A DNA stretch of 64,000 nt from Coprothermobacterota bacterium (GCA_036679065.1 JAZIGN010000001.1:224001-288000); one strand, 5' to 3'; shown: positions 10,105 to 20,311, counted from the stretch's first letter. Made by a program: numbers and translations. Notes: generated by a model from the sequence alone, not told the origin.

Positions 10105-11824
10105 AATCTACATCGGCGATGTGAAAAATGTGAAATTGGATTCAGTTGTAGAATTGTGCGGTTGGGTACAGTATGTTAGGGATTTCGGTAAGGTTGTATT
10201 TTTTGTCATAAAAGATAGGACAGGCATTATTCAGTGCTACACAAGTACGCAAAGTGAAGAACTCCTAGAGCTAGTCAAAAAACTGTCCATAGACGACGTG
10301 GTCCGCGTCCGAGGCACGGTAAAACGGCGTCCAGAAGATCAGATTAACCCAAATATGGAAAACGGCGATATTGAAATCGAAGTAGAGGATTTCGAAGTTT
10401 TGAACCCATGTGCGCCTTTGCCTTATGATGTTAACGGAGAGCCCAGTGAATTTACTAAACTCAAGTACAGATATGTGGACATAAGGCATGGGGAGTTGCT
10501 AACGAACCTAAAGACTCGGAGTGTTGCATCTTCAGTTATCAGAAATTATCTTGGGCGAAAGGGCTTTTGGGAAATAGAAACGCCTTATTTGACCAAGTAC
10601 ACACCAGGAGGAGCACGAAATTTCGTGGTACCAGTGAGACAGCAACCTGGTTATTTTTACGCTTTGGCTGAAAGCCCGCAAATATTCAAGCAAATGCTTA
10701 TGATAAGTGGTGTGGATAGGTACTTTCAGTTTGCTCGCTGCTTTCGTGATGAAGATCTTCGCGCTGATAGGCAACCTGAATTCACTCAGGTAGATATAGA
10801 AGCTTCTTTTGTCACAGAAGAGGACATATATGATCTAGTGGAAGGCATGATGCAAGAGTTATTTAGGGAAGTCTTGGGAGTACAAGTGGAGACGCCTTTT
10901 CCTAGGATGACCTACGATGAAGCCATGTCTTTGTACGGTTCTGACAAACCTGATCTGCGTTTCCAAATGACTATAGACGATTACACAAACAGTTTCTCAA
11001 CCAGCAAGTTTAATGCATTTAGAAATGTGATTGAACGTGGCGGTGTAGTAAAAGGTTTGTACTGGGATAAGCCCTTAGATCGATCTGCGCTGAAGGTGTT
11101 GGATCAAGCTGCATCTGGTAGTGGGAATAAGTTTTTGTTTGTGAGTAAATCAGCCAATGGTTTGCTAACCAACGGACCAAAATCTGTATTGACTGAGGAA
11201 ACTTGGCTCGAAGACGGAACATATGTTTTTGCCGCAGGGGACGAATGGGATGTGCTGCCGTTCTTGGGAGAGTTAAGGCTGGCTTTAGGCGAGTACTTAG
11301 GCTTGCTAGACGATAACGAATATAAGTTTGTCTGGGTGACCAGTAGACCCATGTTCGAAATAGCTGAGGATGGATCGCTACAAGCTGCCCATCACCCGTT
11401 CACTATGCCTGATGTCACCTCTACCGATGAAATTAGGAAAGATCCATTAAAGGTAAGGGCGAGGGCATACGACATTGTTCTAAATGGCGTTGAAATAGGT
11501 GGAGGAAGCATAAGGATACATAAAGCTGACCTTCAAAGATCGGTTTTCGAGATCCTTGGTTTGAGCGACGAGGAAATAGAAGAAAGATTTGGATTCTTCT
11601 TGGGTGCCTTATCCTGTGGCGCGCCACCTCATGGTGGTATTGCTTTGGGCTTTGACAGGCTTGTCATGATTCTTTGCGGAGCTGACAGCCTTAGACAAGT
11701 TATCGCGTTCCCGAAAACAAAATCAGGAACGTGTCCGCTTACAGGTGCTCCTGCAAGGCTATTTGCCAGTCAGCGTCATGAATTGTTGCCCATATTCAAA
11801 CAAATTATTGAGGAGGGTGGTTAG
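10097..11824 (+). CDS. aspS: aspartate--tRNA ligase
   Basis: OB-fold N-terminus, SPQIFKQ, FRDEDLRADRQPEFTQ, HHPFT, GGGSIRIH, PPHGG. Confidence 0.97.
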   Translation: MNRIYIGDVKNVKLDSVVELCGWVQYVRDFGKVVFFVIKDRTGIIQCYTSTQSEELLELVKKLSIDDVVRVRGTVKRRPEDQINPNMENGDIEIEVEDFEVLNPCAPLPYDVNGEPSEFTKLKYRYVDIRHGELLTNLKTRSVASSVIRNYLGRKGFWEIETPYLTKYTPGGARNFVVPVRQQPGYFYALAESPQIFKQMLMISGVDRYFQFARCFRDEDLRADRQPEFTQVDIEASFVTEEDIYDLVEGMMQELFREVLGVQVETPFPRMTYDEAMSLYGSDKPDLRFQMTIDDYTNSFSTSKFNAFRNVIERGGVVKGLYWDKPLDRSALKVLDQAASGSGNKFLFVSKSANGLLTNGPKSVLTEETWLEDGTYVFAAGDEWDVLPFLGELRLALGEYLGLLDDNEYKFVWVTSRPMFEIAEDGSLQAAHHPFTMPDVTSTDEIRKDPLKVRARAYDIVLNGVEIGGGSIRIHKADLQRSVFEILGLSDEEIEERFGFFLGALSCGAPPHGGIALGFDRLVMILCGADSLRQVIAFPKTKSGTCPLTGAPARLFASQRHELLPIFKQIIEEGG

Positions 11825-11828
11825 TGGG

Positions 11829-12152
11829 TTGGTGATAGAGCTCTGTGTTCCGTGCTTAGAGGAATATGGTTTACTCTTGCAAAAGGTTGTTGCGGGCGTA
11901 GGCCAAATATGGAATTTGGATTTAGATAAGTTCTTCGAACTAAGTTTGGTCGTCATAAAAGCGTTCGAAGGTGCGACTAAAAATGCCGGATCAGGTAATT
12001 TCCGTCTAAGGTTATCCCACATGAATGGGGACAGAATGCAGGTGGATATTGAGAGTGACAAGCCCATTGACATGGAGACCTACAGATTATTCTTGCTGCC
12101 CTACATGGGCCAAGAGCTTGAGAGATGTAAGAAGGTCATCTTGTACTTATGA
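11829..12152 (+). CDS. hypothetical protein, degenerate RsbW/SpoIIAB-like anti-sigma factor (start uncertain)
   Basis: IEL.VP...EY..L....VAG pattern resembles the RsbW N-terminus; ATGA overlap with the sigma gene; kinase N/G boxes not recognisable. Confidence 0.55.
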   Translation: MVIELCVPCLEEYGLLLQKVVAGVGQIWNLDLDKFFELSLVVIKAFEGATKNAGSGNFRLRLSHMNGDRMQVDIESDKPIDMETYRLFLLPYMGQELERCKKVILYL

Positions 12153-12880
12153 CAGAAAAGGAAAAGAAATTAGCGTGGCAGCTTCTGGAGCGGTATGCCG
12201 AAACCAGAGATCCTCGCATACGCGACACACTATTTCTCATGTACAAGCCGCTTGCGGATTCTGTGGTGAACAGATTTGCTCCCTATCAGATTGATAAGGA
12301 CGATTTGCGTCAGGAAGCCTACAGAGCTTTGGTTGATGCCATCGAAAGATTCAATCCCTCATATGGGAACCTGTTTGAGACTTTTGCCATACCGACCATA
12401 GTGGGTAACCTCAAGCGTTACCTGAGAGACTATGGGTGGGCTATTAGTGTACCTAGGAGCATGGTTGACATGGCCTACAGTATTCAAAAGAAGCTTCCTG
12501 AAATAGCCGAAAAACTAGGTCATGAACCTACCGTTAAAGAGATAGCTGAAGAACTGGATTTAGATGAAGAACAAGTCAGTGAAGTACTTTCAATAATGGC
12601 AGTCAAGAATACATCTAGTATTGACTCTAAAATCACCGATGAGAGTGATACCACGGGTGAGGAGCTACTGGGACTTTTAACTGACAGGGCTTTAGAAGAC
12701 GAAGCTCTTTTGGAGATAGCGGTGTCGGAACTTCCTGAGCCTGAACGCTTCATAATCGAAAAACGCTTAGAAGGTCTCTCTCAGAGTGAAATTGCAAAGC
12801 TTTTGAACATTTCCCAAGCTCAAGTCTCGCGGTTTGAAAGAAAAGCGATTGCTAAGCTTAAAGAGGCCATATATGGATAG
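12149..12880 (+). CDS. SigB/SigF/SigG family RNA polymerase sigma factor
   Basis: DDL.Q...L..AIERF.P, F.TFA.PTI.G.LKRYLRD, region 4 SQ.EIA..L.ISQ.QVSR.E. Confidence 0.92.
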   Translation: MTEKEKKLAWQLLERYAETRDPRIRDTLFLMYKPLADSVVNRFAPYQIDKDDLRQEAYRALVDAIERFNPSYGNLFETFAIPTIVGNLKRYLRDYGWAISVPRSMVDMAYSIQKKLPEIAEKLGHEPTVKEIAEELDLDEEQVSEVLSIMAVKNTSSIDSKITDESDTTGEELLGLLTDRALEDEALLEIAVSELPEPERFIIEKRLEGLSQSEIAKLLNISQAQVSRFERKAIAKLKEAIYG

Positions 12881-13898
12881 GAAAGACTTAATGCGAGTCA
12901 TATTGCAAGCAGAAGCCGCTTTTCTGCTAATGGCTTTCGCATTCTATATTGTTATTAGAAACCTTTCCACTGTGTATGGTTGGGTCACATTTCTTGCCTG
13001 GCTTGTATTCGCCATGTATGTGGTCGAAGCAGTAGCAAAACTATTCAAAGTGCAAAAAAGGTTTGCAGGTCTAGTAGGAGTTATAACTGCCATTTTGCTG
13101 CTCTTAGGTGTGGGGCTATCCATTTACTATCTCATACAAAGTATTATTCCGCCTCTGGTAAAGAGTATTGATAGCTTTATCGCCTACATGCCGAAGTTGC
13201 AGGAAGCCGTCGGCGAATGGGCTCAGAGGAGCGAAGTTTTTATGTGGCTTTTTGATCAGATAAGTACTGAAGTTCAGTCTTGGGTTGGTGGAGAAACCGT
13301 CAGAAATGTACTCTTTACCATTGGTCGTTTTCTCACATCTTCTGGTGGGAGTCTCTTTCAGATCACACTAGCCGTTGTGATTTCAGGAATTCTCATACCA
13401 TACAAAGATAAACTCCTTGATTTTGCAGATAGCAAAATACCTGCTGCGAAATTTAAACAATTGGATTTGATGCTTGGTCAGTATGCTTTGCAGCGCTTAG
13501 TCAGTGGTTTTGCACTAGCCGTTGTCCTTTTCATCGGTAACGCCATAATCTTGAGAAACAGTGCTTTGGCGTTAGGAATTGCAAGCTTGGGATTTGTTTT
13601 AGACTTTATTCCATATGTGGGGCCATTTTTTGCTTTCATCATCAATGCTATTGTAGTCTTGGTTGTATCGCCTTCGTGGTTAATCTTAGTTCTTACCTTA
13701 ATCATATTCTTGGCCGGGCAAGGTGTAGAACAGTTAGTAGCAGCTACCATGGCCAGTGTGCAGTTCTCCATTCCGTTTATCGTGGCCATTGCGTTAGTGA
13801 TTTTTGGTGGTGTGGTAGCTGGTGTTCCGGGGCTCATACTCGGAGTACCTATTGGTGCTTATCTTATCAATCTGTGGAGTAAGCCGAAAGAGATATGA
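12873..13898 (+). CDS. AI-2E (PerM) family membrane transporter
   Basis: multiple TM helices, FIPYVGP, GG..G..G.ILGVP. Confidence 0.85.
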   Translation: MDRKDLMRVILQAEAAFLLMAFAFYIVIRNLSTVYGWVTFLAWLVFAMYVVEAVAKLFKVQKRFAGLVGVITAILLLLGVGLSIYYLIQSIIPPLVKSIDSFIAYMPKLQEAVGEWAQRSEVFMWLFDQISTEVQSWVGGETVRNVLFTIGRFLTSSGGSLFQITLAVVISGILIPYKDKLLDFADSKIPAAKFKQLDLMLGQYALQRLVSGFALAVVLFIGNAIILRNSALALGIASLGFVLDFIPYVGPFFAFIINAIVVLVVSPSWLILVLTLIIFLAGQGVEQLVAATMASVQFSIPFIVAIALVIFGGVVAGVPGLILGVPIGAYLINLWSKPKEI

Positions 13899-14308
13899 TT
13901 GTCGCTGTGGATTTTGGGCTAAAGAGAATTGGTATGGCACGGAGTGATGACAGTGAGACATGGGCTTTTCCACATAAAACACTGGAAGGGAACGATTTGG
14001 AAACAAAACTCATTATCGAGCTGAAGAAACTCGGACCGAGGGTGGTAGTTTTGGGACTTCCCAGAAACATGGACGGAACTGAAGGGGAGATGGCTGCAGC
14101 AGTTCGAGCTTTAGGTCAGCGTTTGGAGGCCGTTGGATTTATTGTGGATTTTTGGGACGAAAGGCTTACGTCTAGGTTGGTTTCTCGTCAAGACCCTCGA
14201 AGCTTGAAAAAAGCAATAAAAGATAAGGGTAAGGTTGATTTGATGTCAGCTGTGCTAATATTACAGGAGTATATTAATGCGAGGAGGAGAACAAATGAAC
14301 CACAATGA
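13895..14308 (+). CDS. ruvX: RuvX/YqgF putative pre-16S rRNA nuclease
   Basis: AVDFG.KRIG.A.SD, VLGLP.NMDG, WDERLTS, D..SA..IL. Confidence 0.95.
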   Translation: MIVAVDFGLKRIGMARSDDSETWAFPHKTLEGNDLETKLIIELKKLGPRVVVLGLPRNMDGTEGEMAAAVRALGQRLEAVGFIVDFWDERLTSRLVSRQDPRSLKKAIKDKGKVDLMSAVLILQEYINARRRTNEPQ

Positions 14309-14585
14309 AGAACACGAGCATAACCACGAGGAAATGGAAGAAGTCATCATATCCTTTACAGACGAAAATGATGTGGAGCATCAATATGCTCTTATTGAGG
14401 AACTATCAGTAGGCGAAGCTTTGTACGGAGTCTTTGCTCCTGTTGAAGAAGAAGGCGACCTGTTGGTATTTCGTATAGAAGACGACCAACTAGTGGAGAT
14501 TGAGTCTGATGAAGAATTCGAGAAAGTAAAAGAGGCTTGGGAAGCTCTGTTGGAAGCTGAAGACGACGAAGAAGAGGAAGAGTAG
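14295..14585 (+). CDS. DUF1292 (YrzB-like) acidic protein
   Basis: I.FTDE, LVEIE.DEEFEKV; typical position after ruvX; SD GAGGAGG. Confidence 0.8.
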   Translation: MNHNEEHEHNHEEMEEVIISFTDENDVEHQYALIEELSVGEALYGVFAPVEEEGDLLVFRIEDDQLVEIESDEEFEKVKEAWEALLEAEDDEEEEE

Positions 14586-14625
14586 TAATAGTTTATTAGA
14601 TGCATAGCTTTAAAACTAACTTCAC

Positions 14626-14859
14626 GTGTTCAAGGTTGAACTGATTTTAGGAAAAGCTGATGTGGGCGTTGTACAGACTTTGATTGAAGGGCTGGACAAC
14701 GCCTATTCCATGATGGGGACTAGCCGCATCTCGGATGACAACTACAGAATGACTCTTCAAGCTAGTAGCTTTTGCCTAAAGGAACTTATCTCAGTTATCC
14801 TCAGCTGCATGCTGCAGGGAAATGTGAAGTCCTTCTTAGTTACCACTTGGGAAGACTGA
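14626..14859 (+). CDS. small hypothetical protein
   Basis: 77-aa ORF filling the gap; stop 2 nt before the next TTG start. Confidence 0.5.
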   Translation: MFKVELILGKADVGVVQTLIEGLDNAYSMMGTSRISDDNYRMTLQASSFCLKELISVILSCMLQGNVKSFLVTTWED

Positions 14860-14861
14860 CG

Positions 14862-15905
14862 TTGGACAACAATATCTTTAACACAAGCCTCTACGGCGGT
14901 ATAAATGATTACGTAGCTGCAGCTCATGAATTGGCGGCTTCTGATCTTCACTTTGTTCCAGACGCTGATCGTGTAAATGTTTTCACTCGCACTAACGGCG
15001 ATATGCGCTTTCAAGGTGCCATTAACCACAGCGAATACGATCGATTGCTTAATGCTTTCAAGTTCTCGAGTGGGTTAGACGTTGCTAACAGCAGAGTTTC
15101 ACAAGATGCACGATTATCTATGCCTACCAGAGATGGCACGTTGTTCCTGCGCGTTTGTATCTTACCTACAGTTCACGGAGAATCCTTAACATTGAGGTTA
15201 CCAACCAAGGGCCAGTATGGTTCCTTTGTCGATCTGGGCATGGATTCTAAGCAGGCTGATTCGTTCGAGGAAGCGATCAAGTATGGTAAAGGAATTGTTT
15301 TGATAACTGGACTGACAGGCTCAGGCAAGACTTCTACGTACTATACAACATTGAGGTTCTTGCAGAACGATGGCATGAAGATCATCAGCCTTGAAGATCC
15401 TGTGGAACAGTTCTTAGATGGTGTAGTGCAAGTGGAGGTGGGGGAAGAGGTTGGATTTGGATACAAAGAAATAATTAGATCGGCGCTAAGGAGTGACCCC
15501 GATGTCATAGCAATTGGAGAAATAAGGGACGAAGAAACAGCCAGGGCGGTTATCAACGCGGCTTTTTCGTCACGTCTAGTCATTGCCACTATGCACAGTC
15601 GTGACCTATCTCATGCACTCAGGAGACTTTTGTACTTTGGAGTTTTGGCCCAAGACATAGAAGCCACTATTTCTTTTTTGATTCATCAGCGGCTGATCAC
15701 CTTGCGAAGCAATGAAAAGATGTACCGGACAGCTGTTTTTGCAGTAAAAGATGGTGCTATTAGCTGCTCACAGCCCTTTATGGAAGAGCTCACAAGTCTC
15801 ACCTACGATTGCATCTGCCGTCGGCTGGGGAATTATTCACACTTTGGTCAAGAAATTGTTAGAATTGATAGTGATTTGGAGGGGATAGCCTTTGGACATT
15901 TTTGA
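14862..15905 (+). CDS. GspE/PilB/ComGA family ATPase (start uncertain)
   Basis: ASDLHF, QDAR, GLTGSGKT Walker A, SLEDPVE, LRSDPDVI.IGEIRD, ATMH. Confidence 0.9.
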   Translation: MDNNIFNTSLYGGINDYVAAAHELAASDLHFVPDADRVNVFTRTNGDMRFQGAINHSEYDRLLNAFKFSSGLDVANSRVSQDARLSMPTRDGTLFLRVCILPTVHGESLTLRLPTKGQYGSFVDLGMDSKQADSFEEAIKYGKGIVLITGLTGSGKTSTYYTTLRFLQNDGMKIISLEDPVEQFLDGVVQVEVGEEVGFGYKEIIRSALRSDPDVIAIGEIRDEETARAVINAAFSSRLVIATMHSRDLSHALRRLLYFGVLAQDIEATISFLIHQRLITLRSNEKMYRTAVFAVKDGAISCSQPFMEELTSLTYDCICRRLGNYSHFGQEIVRIDSDLEGIAFGHF

Positions 15906-16953
15906 GCTCCTTAGGAAAACAACGGATTTAAAGGGTACCGATTTACATTTGACGGTTAATTTACCACCCATGATTCGCATTGATTCGGTTCTTCACCCTT
16001 TGGGAGATCAGGTCTTAACTACTGAGGATACGGCTGCTATGGCTTCGCAGATCCTACCCAAAACGCAGGAAACTATTTTCAAGTCCCAGCTAAATGCCGA
16101 TTTCTCGTTTGGTGTTCCTGGCCTTGGTAGATTCAGGGCAAATGTGTACCTGCAGCGGGGAAGTGTTGCATTAGCCATAAGGCGCTTACCTTTTGACGTT
16201 CCTTCTTCTGAAGAGCTTGGACTACCAAAAATTGTCACTGATTTGGCGAAGAAGAAGAGGGGCATGGTCATCGTTACAGGTCCTACAGGATCTGGGAAGT
16301 CAACTACCTTAGCGTCCATGATAAAGACTATAAATGACTCTTTCCGATATCACATCATAACACTTGAAGACCCTATTGAATACACCTTCAGACACAACCT
16401 CTCAATTGTTAACCAGCGTGAGGTGGGAAATGACGTGCTTTCATTTGCCGAAGGTCTTCGGGCTGCCTTAAGAGAAGACCCTGATGTGGTTATGTTAGGA
16501 GAGATGCGTGACTTAGCTTCAGTTTCAGCAGCGCTAACCTTGGCCGAAACGGGGCATTTGGTTCTAACGACTTTGCATACGAAGTCAGCAGCAGAAACCG
16601 TGGACAGAATTGTGGACGTATTTCCTCCGAACCAACAGCAGCAGGTCAGAACTCAGCTTTCTAGTGTGTTGGAGGGAATAGTTTCTCAGCGCCTTTTGCC
16701 CAAAAAGGGTGGGGGATTGATTTTGGCGTATGAGGTTCTCATAGCAACTCCTGCCGTGCGTTCGCTTATCAGAGAAGGGAAAACTCATCAAATACCGTCT
16801 TCCATTCAGACGGGTTCATCTTTTGGCATGGTTACCATGGAAAACAGGTTATTCGAACTTCTGCAAAAGGGTTTCATTGATGAAGATCAAGCCATGGAAA
16901 CGGCGAATTATCCTGATGTATTAAAAAGATTGATAGATGCTCAGAAAAAGTAA
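15892..16953 (+). CDS. pilT: type IV pilus retraction ATPase PilT
   Basis: GRFRAN.Y.QRG, GPTGSGKSTTLA, REDPDV..GEMRD, AETGHLV..TLH, A(V)RSLIRE, GM.TM. Confidence 0.95.
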   Translation: MDIFELLRKTTDLKGTDLHLTVNLPPMIRIDSVLHPLGDQVLTTEDTAAMASQILPKTQETIFKSQLNADFSFGVPGLGRFRANVYLQRGSVALAIRRLPFDVPSSEELGLPKIVTDLAKKKRGMVIVTGPTGSGKSTTLASMIKTINDSFRYHIITLEDPIEYTFRHNLSIVNQREVGNDVLSFAEGLRAALREDPDVVMLGEMRDLASVSAALTLAETGHLVLTTLHTKSAAETVDRIVDVFPPNQQQQVRTQLSSVLEGIVSQRLLPKKGGGLILAYEVLIATPAVRSLIREGKTHQIPSSIQTGSSFGMVTMENRLFELLQKGFIDEDQAMETANYPDVLKRLIDAQKK

Positions 16954-17953
16954 TAGTAATGGCAGGAAAGGTTCCCAGGCCGCAGAGGATTTTCTGATCG
17001 ATGTGGCACAACTGATGGCTGGAGGATATAGCATGTCCGATAGCGTCGTCATATTAAGTCAGGAGTCCAGATACGGCTTGGTGCCTGCATTGCTCAAAGA
17101 CTCACTTGCTGAAGGCCTTGCGTTCTCTGAGGCTCTGGAAAGAATCCCTACCATCATAGATCCGGTGATAAGTATGTACATACGATCTGCAGAGGAGACA
17201 GGAAATCTGACACATGCCATGCAGGAAGTTTCTACAAGGATATTAGCTGGTAGAAAGTGGGATCAGATGGTGTCAGAAATACTCTTTTACCCACGTCTGG
17301 TACTTGTTGCAGTCACGCTGATTTTGGACGCATTTTGGTTGTTTTTCTTACCATTCATTGAGAGTTTCCTTTACTCCATGGGAATGGAGGCAGTGTTTTG
17401 GACAGAATTGATGAGCCTGTCCAAGTCTTTTATGTGGGCACTTCCCATTATAAACATTGGAAGCGCTTGGGTAGCATTTAGTGATGGACTGGTTTCTATG
17501 CTGGTGCCAAGAAGTGTAAAAACTTTGAGTAAGGATGTTTGGTTATTCAGCTCATTGGAATCAATGCTACAGGCTGGTTTGCCAATGGGAACTGCCATAT
17601 TGACTCTTTCTCATATAAGTACCAGTATTAAAGGTGAGCAACAAACCTTAATGAGGTTATATGAGCGATTAAAGTCAGGAGAAAGGTTAAGTATGGCCAT
17701 GAGTATGGAGGAAGGACGTTGGGATTCCACTGTAATTTCACGCGTTGCTATCGCTGAGAAAAATGGGGTCCTGAACCAAGCTTTGAGTTCGATTACTTCG
17801 CAGCTAGAACACAGAAGGCAGATGACCATGGCACACTATGTTCAGGCGCTAAAATCTTTCTCGGTTTTAATGGCGGGCTTGGCTGTTTTTGGAATTACCT
17901 ACTCGGTTTACAAACCTATGGTTCAAATGCTACTAGATCTAAGTGGTATTTAA
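16937..17953 (+). CDS. type II secretion system F / PilC / ComGB family platform protein
   Basis: two T2SSF-like repeats (G..FSEAL, AEETG.L, YP; G..LS.A, AE.NG.L, Y.PM) with TM segments. Confidence 0.85.
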   Translation: MLRKSNSNGRKGSQAAEDFLIDVAQLMAGGYSMSDSVVILSQESRYGLVPALLKDSLAEGLAFSEALERIPTIIDPVISMYIRSAEETGNLTHAMQEVSTRILAGRKWDQMVSEILFYPRLVLVAVTLILDAFWLFFLPFIESFLYSMGMEAVFWTELMSLSKSFMWALPIINIGSAWVAFSDGLVSMLVPRSVKTLSKDVWLFSSLESMLQAGLPMGTAILTLSHISTSIKGEQQTLMRLYERLKSGERLSMAMSMEEGRWDSTVISRVAIAEKNGVLNQALSSITSQLEHRRQMTMAHYVQALKSFSVLMAGLAVFGITYSVYKPMVQMLLDLSGI

Positions 17954-17966
17954 GGAGGTGTTGTTT

Positions 17967-18995
17967 TTGAACATAGAAAGTCTGTTGCAAGGAGCAGATG
18001 CTCTTTTTATTAATGACCGTCCCACCCTGCGCTGGTTGAGTGGATTCACTGGCGACGAAGGTTATGCTTTAGTTACTAATGACGTCAAGTTGCTTCTGGT
18101 GGATTCTCGTTTTACTGAACAAGCTCTTTTAGAAACCAAAGGCTTCGAGGTTATTGAATACAGGCCACCGTTAGTCGATTTCCTTAGTGAACAAGGTTTC
18201 CTAAAGGGTACCATAGCCATTAATGGTGACTACATCAGTTACAGGCTATCCTCTAAGTTGGCTGAGAAGGGAGTTAAGCTAATGGACGTAGGGGAGGAGA
18301 TACTCCTTCAACGTGCAGTAAAGACGCCAGAGGAGATTGACTACATTAAACAAGCTATCTTCATAGCAGAGGAGGCTTTTAGGAGATCCTTGGGTAGCAT
18401 TAAACCTGGAGTAAGCGAGAAGGAATTTGTAGCTGAACTAGAGTACCAAGCGCGCAAGTTAGGCAGTGAGGGGATGGCTTTTGATACCATTGTGGGCAGC
18501 GGGTGGAGGGGTGCATTGCCACATGGTGTAGCCAGTGACAAGAGAATTGAAGACGGTGACTTGGTTGTAGTGGACTGGGGCTGTGTTTACAAGGGCTACT
18601 GCAGTGATTTAACACGCACAATCATTGTCGGTAATGCTGACGCGAAGGCCATGGAGGTTTTGAATGTTGTACTGGAAGCTCACCGCTTGGCAGCTGAAGC
18701 AGAAGAATTCACTTTTGGTTCTGATCTGGATGCCATCGCTAGGGATTACATAACTAGTAAGGGTTTTGGTAAATACTTTGGTCATGGGTTGGGCCATGGT
18801 ATTGGACTTCAGATCCATGAGTACCCTTCGCTTTCTGCCAGGACACAGCATCAACTCATAGATGGTCATGTCTTTACCATTGAACCTGGCATTTATCTAC
18901 CTGGAGAATTTGGTGTGAGAATTGAAGATGACTACGCCATATTAGGGGGTAAAATTAATAAGCTAAGCAACTTAGAACAGGTCATAATGGTATAA
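17967..18995 (+). CDS. Xaa-Pro aminopeptidase (M24 family)
   Basis: DSRF, A.PHG, D.G..YKGY.SDLTRT, HGLGHGIGL.IHE.P, TIEPGIY, GVRIEDD. Confidence 0.93.
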   Translation: MNIESLLQGADALFINDRPTLRWLSGFTGDEGYALVTNDVKLLLVDSRFTEQALLETKGFEVIEYRPPLVDFLSEQGFLKGTIAINGDYISYRLSSKLAEKGVKLMDVGEEILLQRAVKTPEEIDYIKQAIFIAEEAFRRSLGSIKPGVSEKEFVAELEYQARKLGSEGMAFDTIVGSGWRGALPHGVASDKRIEDGDLVVVDWGCVYKGYCSDLTRTIIVGNADAKAMEVLNVVLEAHRLAAEAEEFTFGSDLDAIARDYITSKGFGKYFGHGLGHGIGLQIHEYPSLSARTQHQLIDGHVFTIEPGIYLPGEFGVRIEDDYAILGGKINKLSNLEQVIMV

Positions 18996-19021
18996 TTATG
19001 GGAAGCGAGAGGTGATGAGAT

Positions 19022-19582
19022 TTGATTTCAACTAACGACTTAAGACCGGGCATCATAGTTGATTTGGATGGTACATTGTACCTAATCGTTACTGCTCAAC
19101 ATGTAAAACCAGGAAAAGGTTCTGCTTTTGTTCGCGTGAAAATGAAAAAATTATCGGATGGGTCTACTATTGAGCAGACGTTCAGAGCTGGAGAAAAAGT
19201 TCAAAGGGCTTATTTGGAAACAAAGCAAATGCAGTATTTATATTCTGACGGCGAGCATTTTGTTTTCATGGATACGGATACTTATGAGCAAGTCACGCTC
19301 TCGGGTGACATAATGAGTGATGTACAGCAGTGGTTAAAAGAAGGCATGATGGTTAATGTCCAGTTTTATCAAGGAAAAGCGGTAGGCATAGAAGTACCAA
19401 CTTTTGTTGAATTAGAGGTTGTTGAAACTGAACCAGGAGTTAGGGGTGATACCGCCCAAGGAGGCTCAAAACCTGCTAAGTTGGAAACTGGAGCTGTTGT
19501 GCAGGTTCCCTTGTTCATAACAGAAGGTGACATCATCAGAGTCGACACTCGAACTGGGGAATACGTAGAAAGGGTTGGTTAA
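19022..19582 (+). CDS. efp: elongation factor P
   Basis: HVKPGKGSAFVR, PGVRGDTA, VPLFI..G...VDTRTG.Y. Confidence 0.98.
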   Translation: MISTNDLRPGIIVDLDGTLYLIVTAQHVKPGKGSAFVRVKMKKLSDGSTIEQTFRAGEKVQRAYLETKQMQYLYSDGEHFVFMDTDTYEQVTLSGDIMSDVQQWLKEGMMVNVQFYQGKAVGIEVPTFVELEVVETEPGVRGDTAQGGSKPAKLETGAVVQVPLFITEGDIIRVDTRTGEYVERVG

Positions 19583-19584
19583 TT

Positions 19585-19878
19585 GTGCATTTAAGGTCTG
19601 AAGACATAGTTGTTCTAAGGGCGGCTCTTGCTCTAAGCTTAATGGAGGTACCTGGGGTAGCTAAGATGTCTCCTAAAGAGGCTATTAACAGGGTTCAGCT
19701 TTCTAGAGCCGCTGATGAGAAACTTTTGATTTCCATAAATGTGGACTTGGAAACAAATGCTGATCTGGGTGAAGTAAAAAACAGAATAAAGGATTTTGTC
19801 AGAAGGGTTCTATTGGCATATTTTGACAAAGAGCTGGACTACGACATTATTTTGGAAATCGAAAATGTCAAAGAGTAG
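19585..19878 (+). CDS. hypothetical protein, possibly Asp23/Gls24 (YqhY-like)
   Basis: EVPGVA motif; efp-X-nusB synteny. Confidence 0.55.
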   Translation: MHLRSEDIVVLRAALALSLMEVPGVAKMSPKEAINRVQLSRAADEKLLISINVDLETNADLGEVKNRIKDFVRRVLLAYFDKELDYDIILEIENVKE

Positions 19879-20311
19879 AGGAAAACTTTTTGAAACAGGG
19901 CGAGAACTTTTGCTTCAGGAACTGCTCGGTTATGAGTTGGGTTTGACCAGCCAAGAAGATCTTTGGCCCAGGCTAAAGGTTGCCTTGCCAAAATCTGACA
20001 GAGTCAAACGTCATATAAAACGTCTGCTAAATGCTTATCTGGAAAACCGCGAAGAGATTGATATATGGATTGACCACAGTTTGAAGTCTAAGTCTTTTGC
20101 AGCTTACAGTGATTTAGAAAAAATGATAATGAGACTGGCTGTCGTAGAAACTCGGTTTTTTGGTGACGAAAAGATGATGCCGATTATTGTGAGCACTTGG
20201 GTAGATATTGCTAGGCGTTATGTTGACGAAAGTTTTGCTAAAGCAATACATGCCATCATGGGCACGTGCTATGAGGAACAAAATGCAGATACAGGATTAT
20301 CAAAACCTTAA
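19865..20311 (+). CDS. nusB: divergent NusB-like antitermination factor
   Basis: RE..LQ...YE, EID..I...L, I.RLA..E, VDIARRY; synteny. Confidence 0.75.
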   Translation: MSKSRGKLFETGRELLLQELLGYELGLTSQEDLWPRLKVALPKSDRVKRHIKRLLNAYLENREEIDIWIDHSLKSKSFAAYSDLEKMIMRLAVVETRFFGDEKMMPIIVSTWVDIARRYVDESFAKAIHAIMGTCYEEQNADTGLSKP

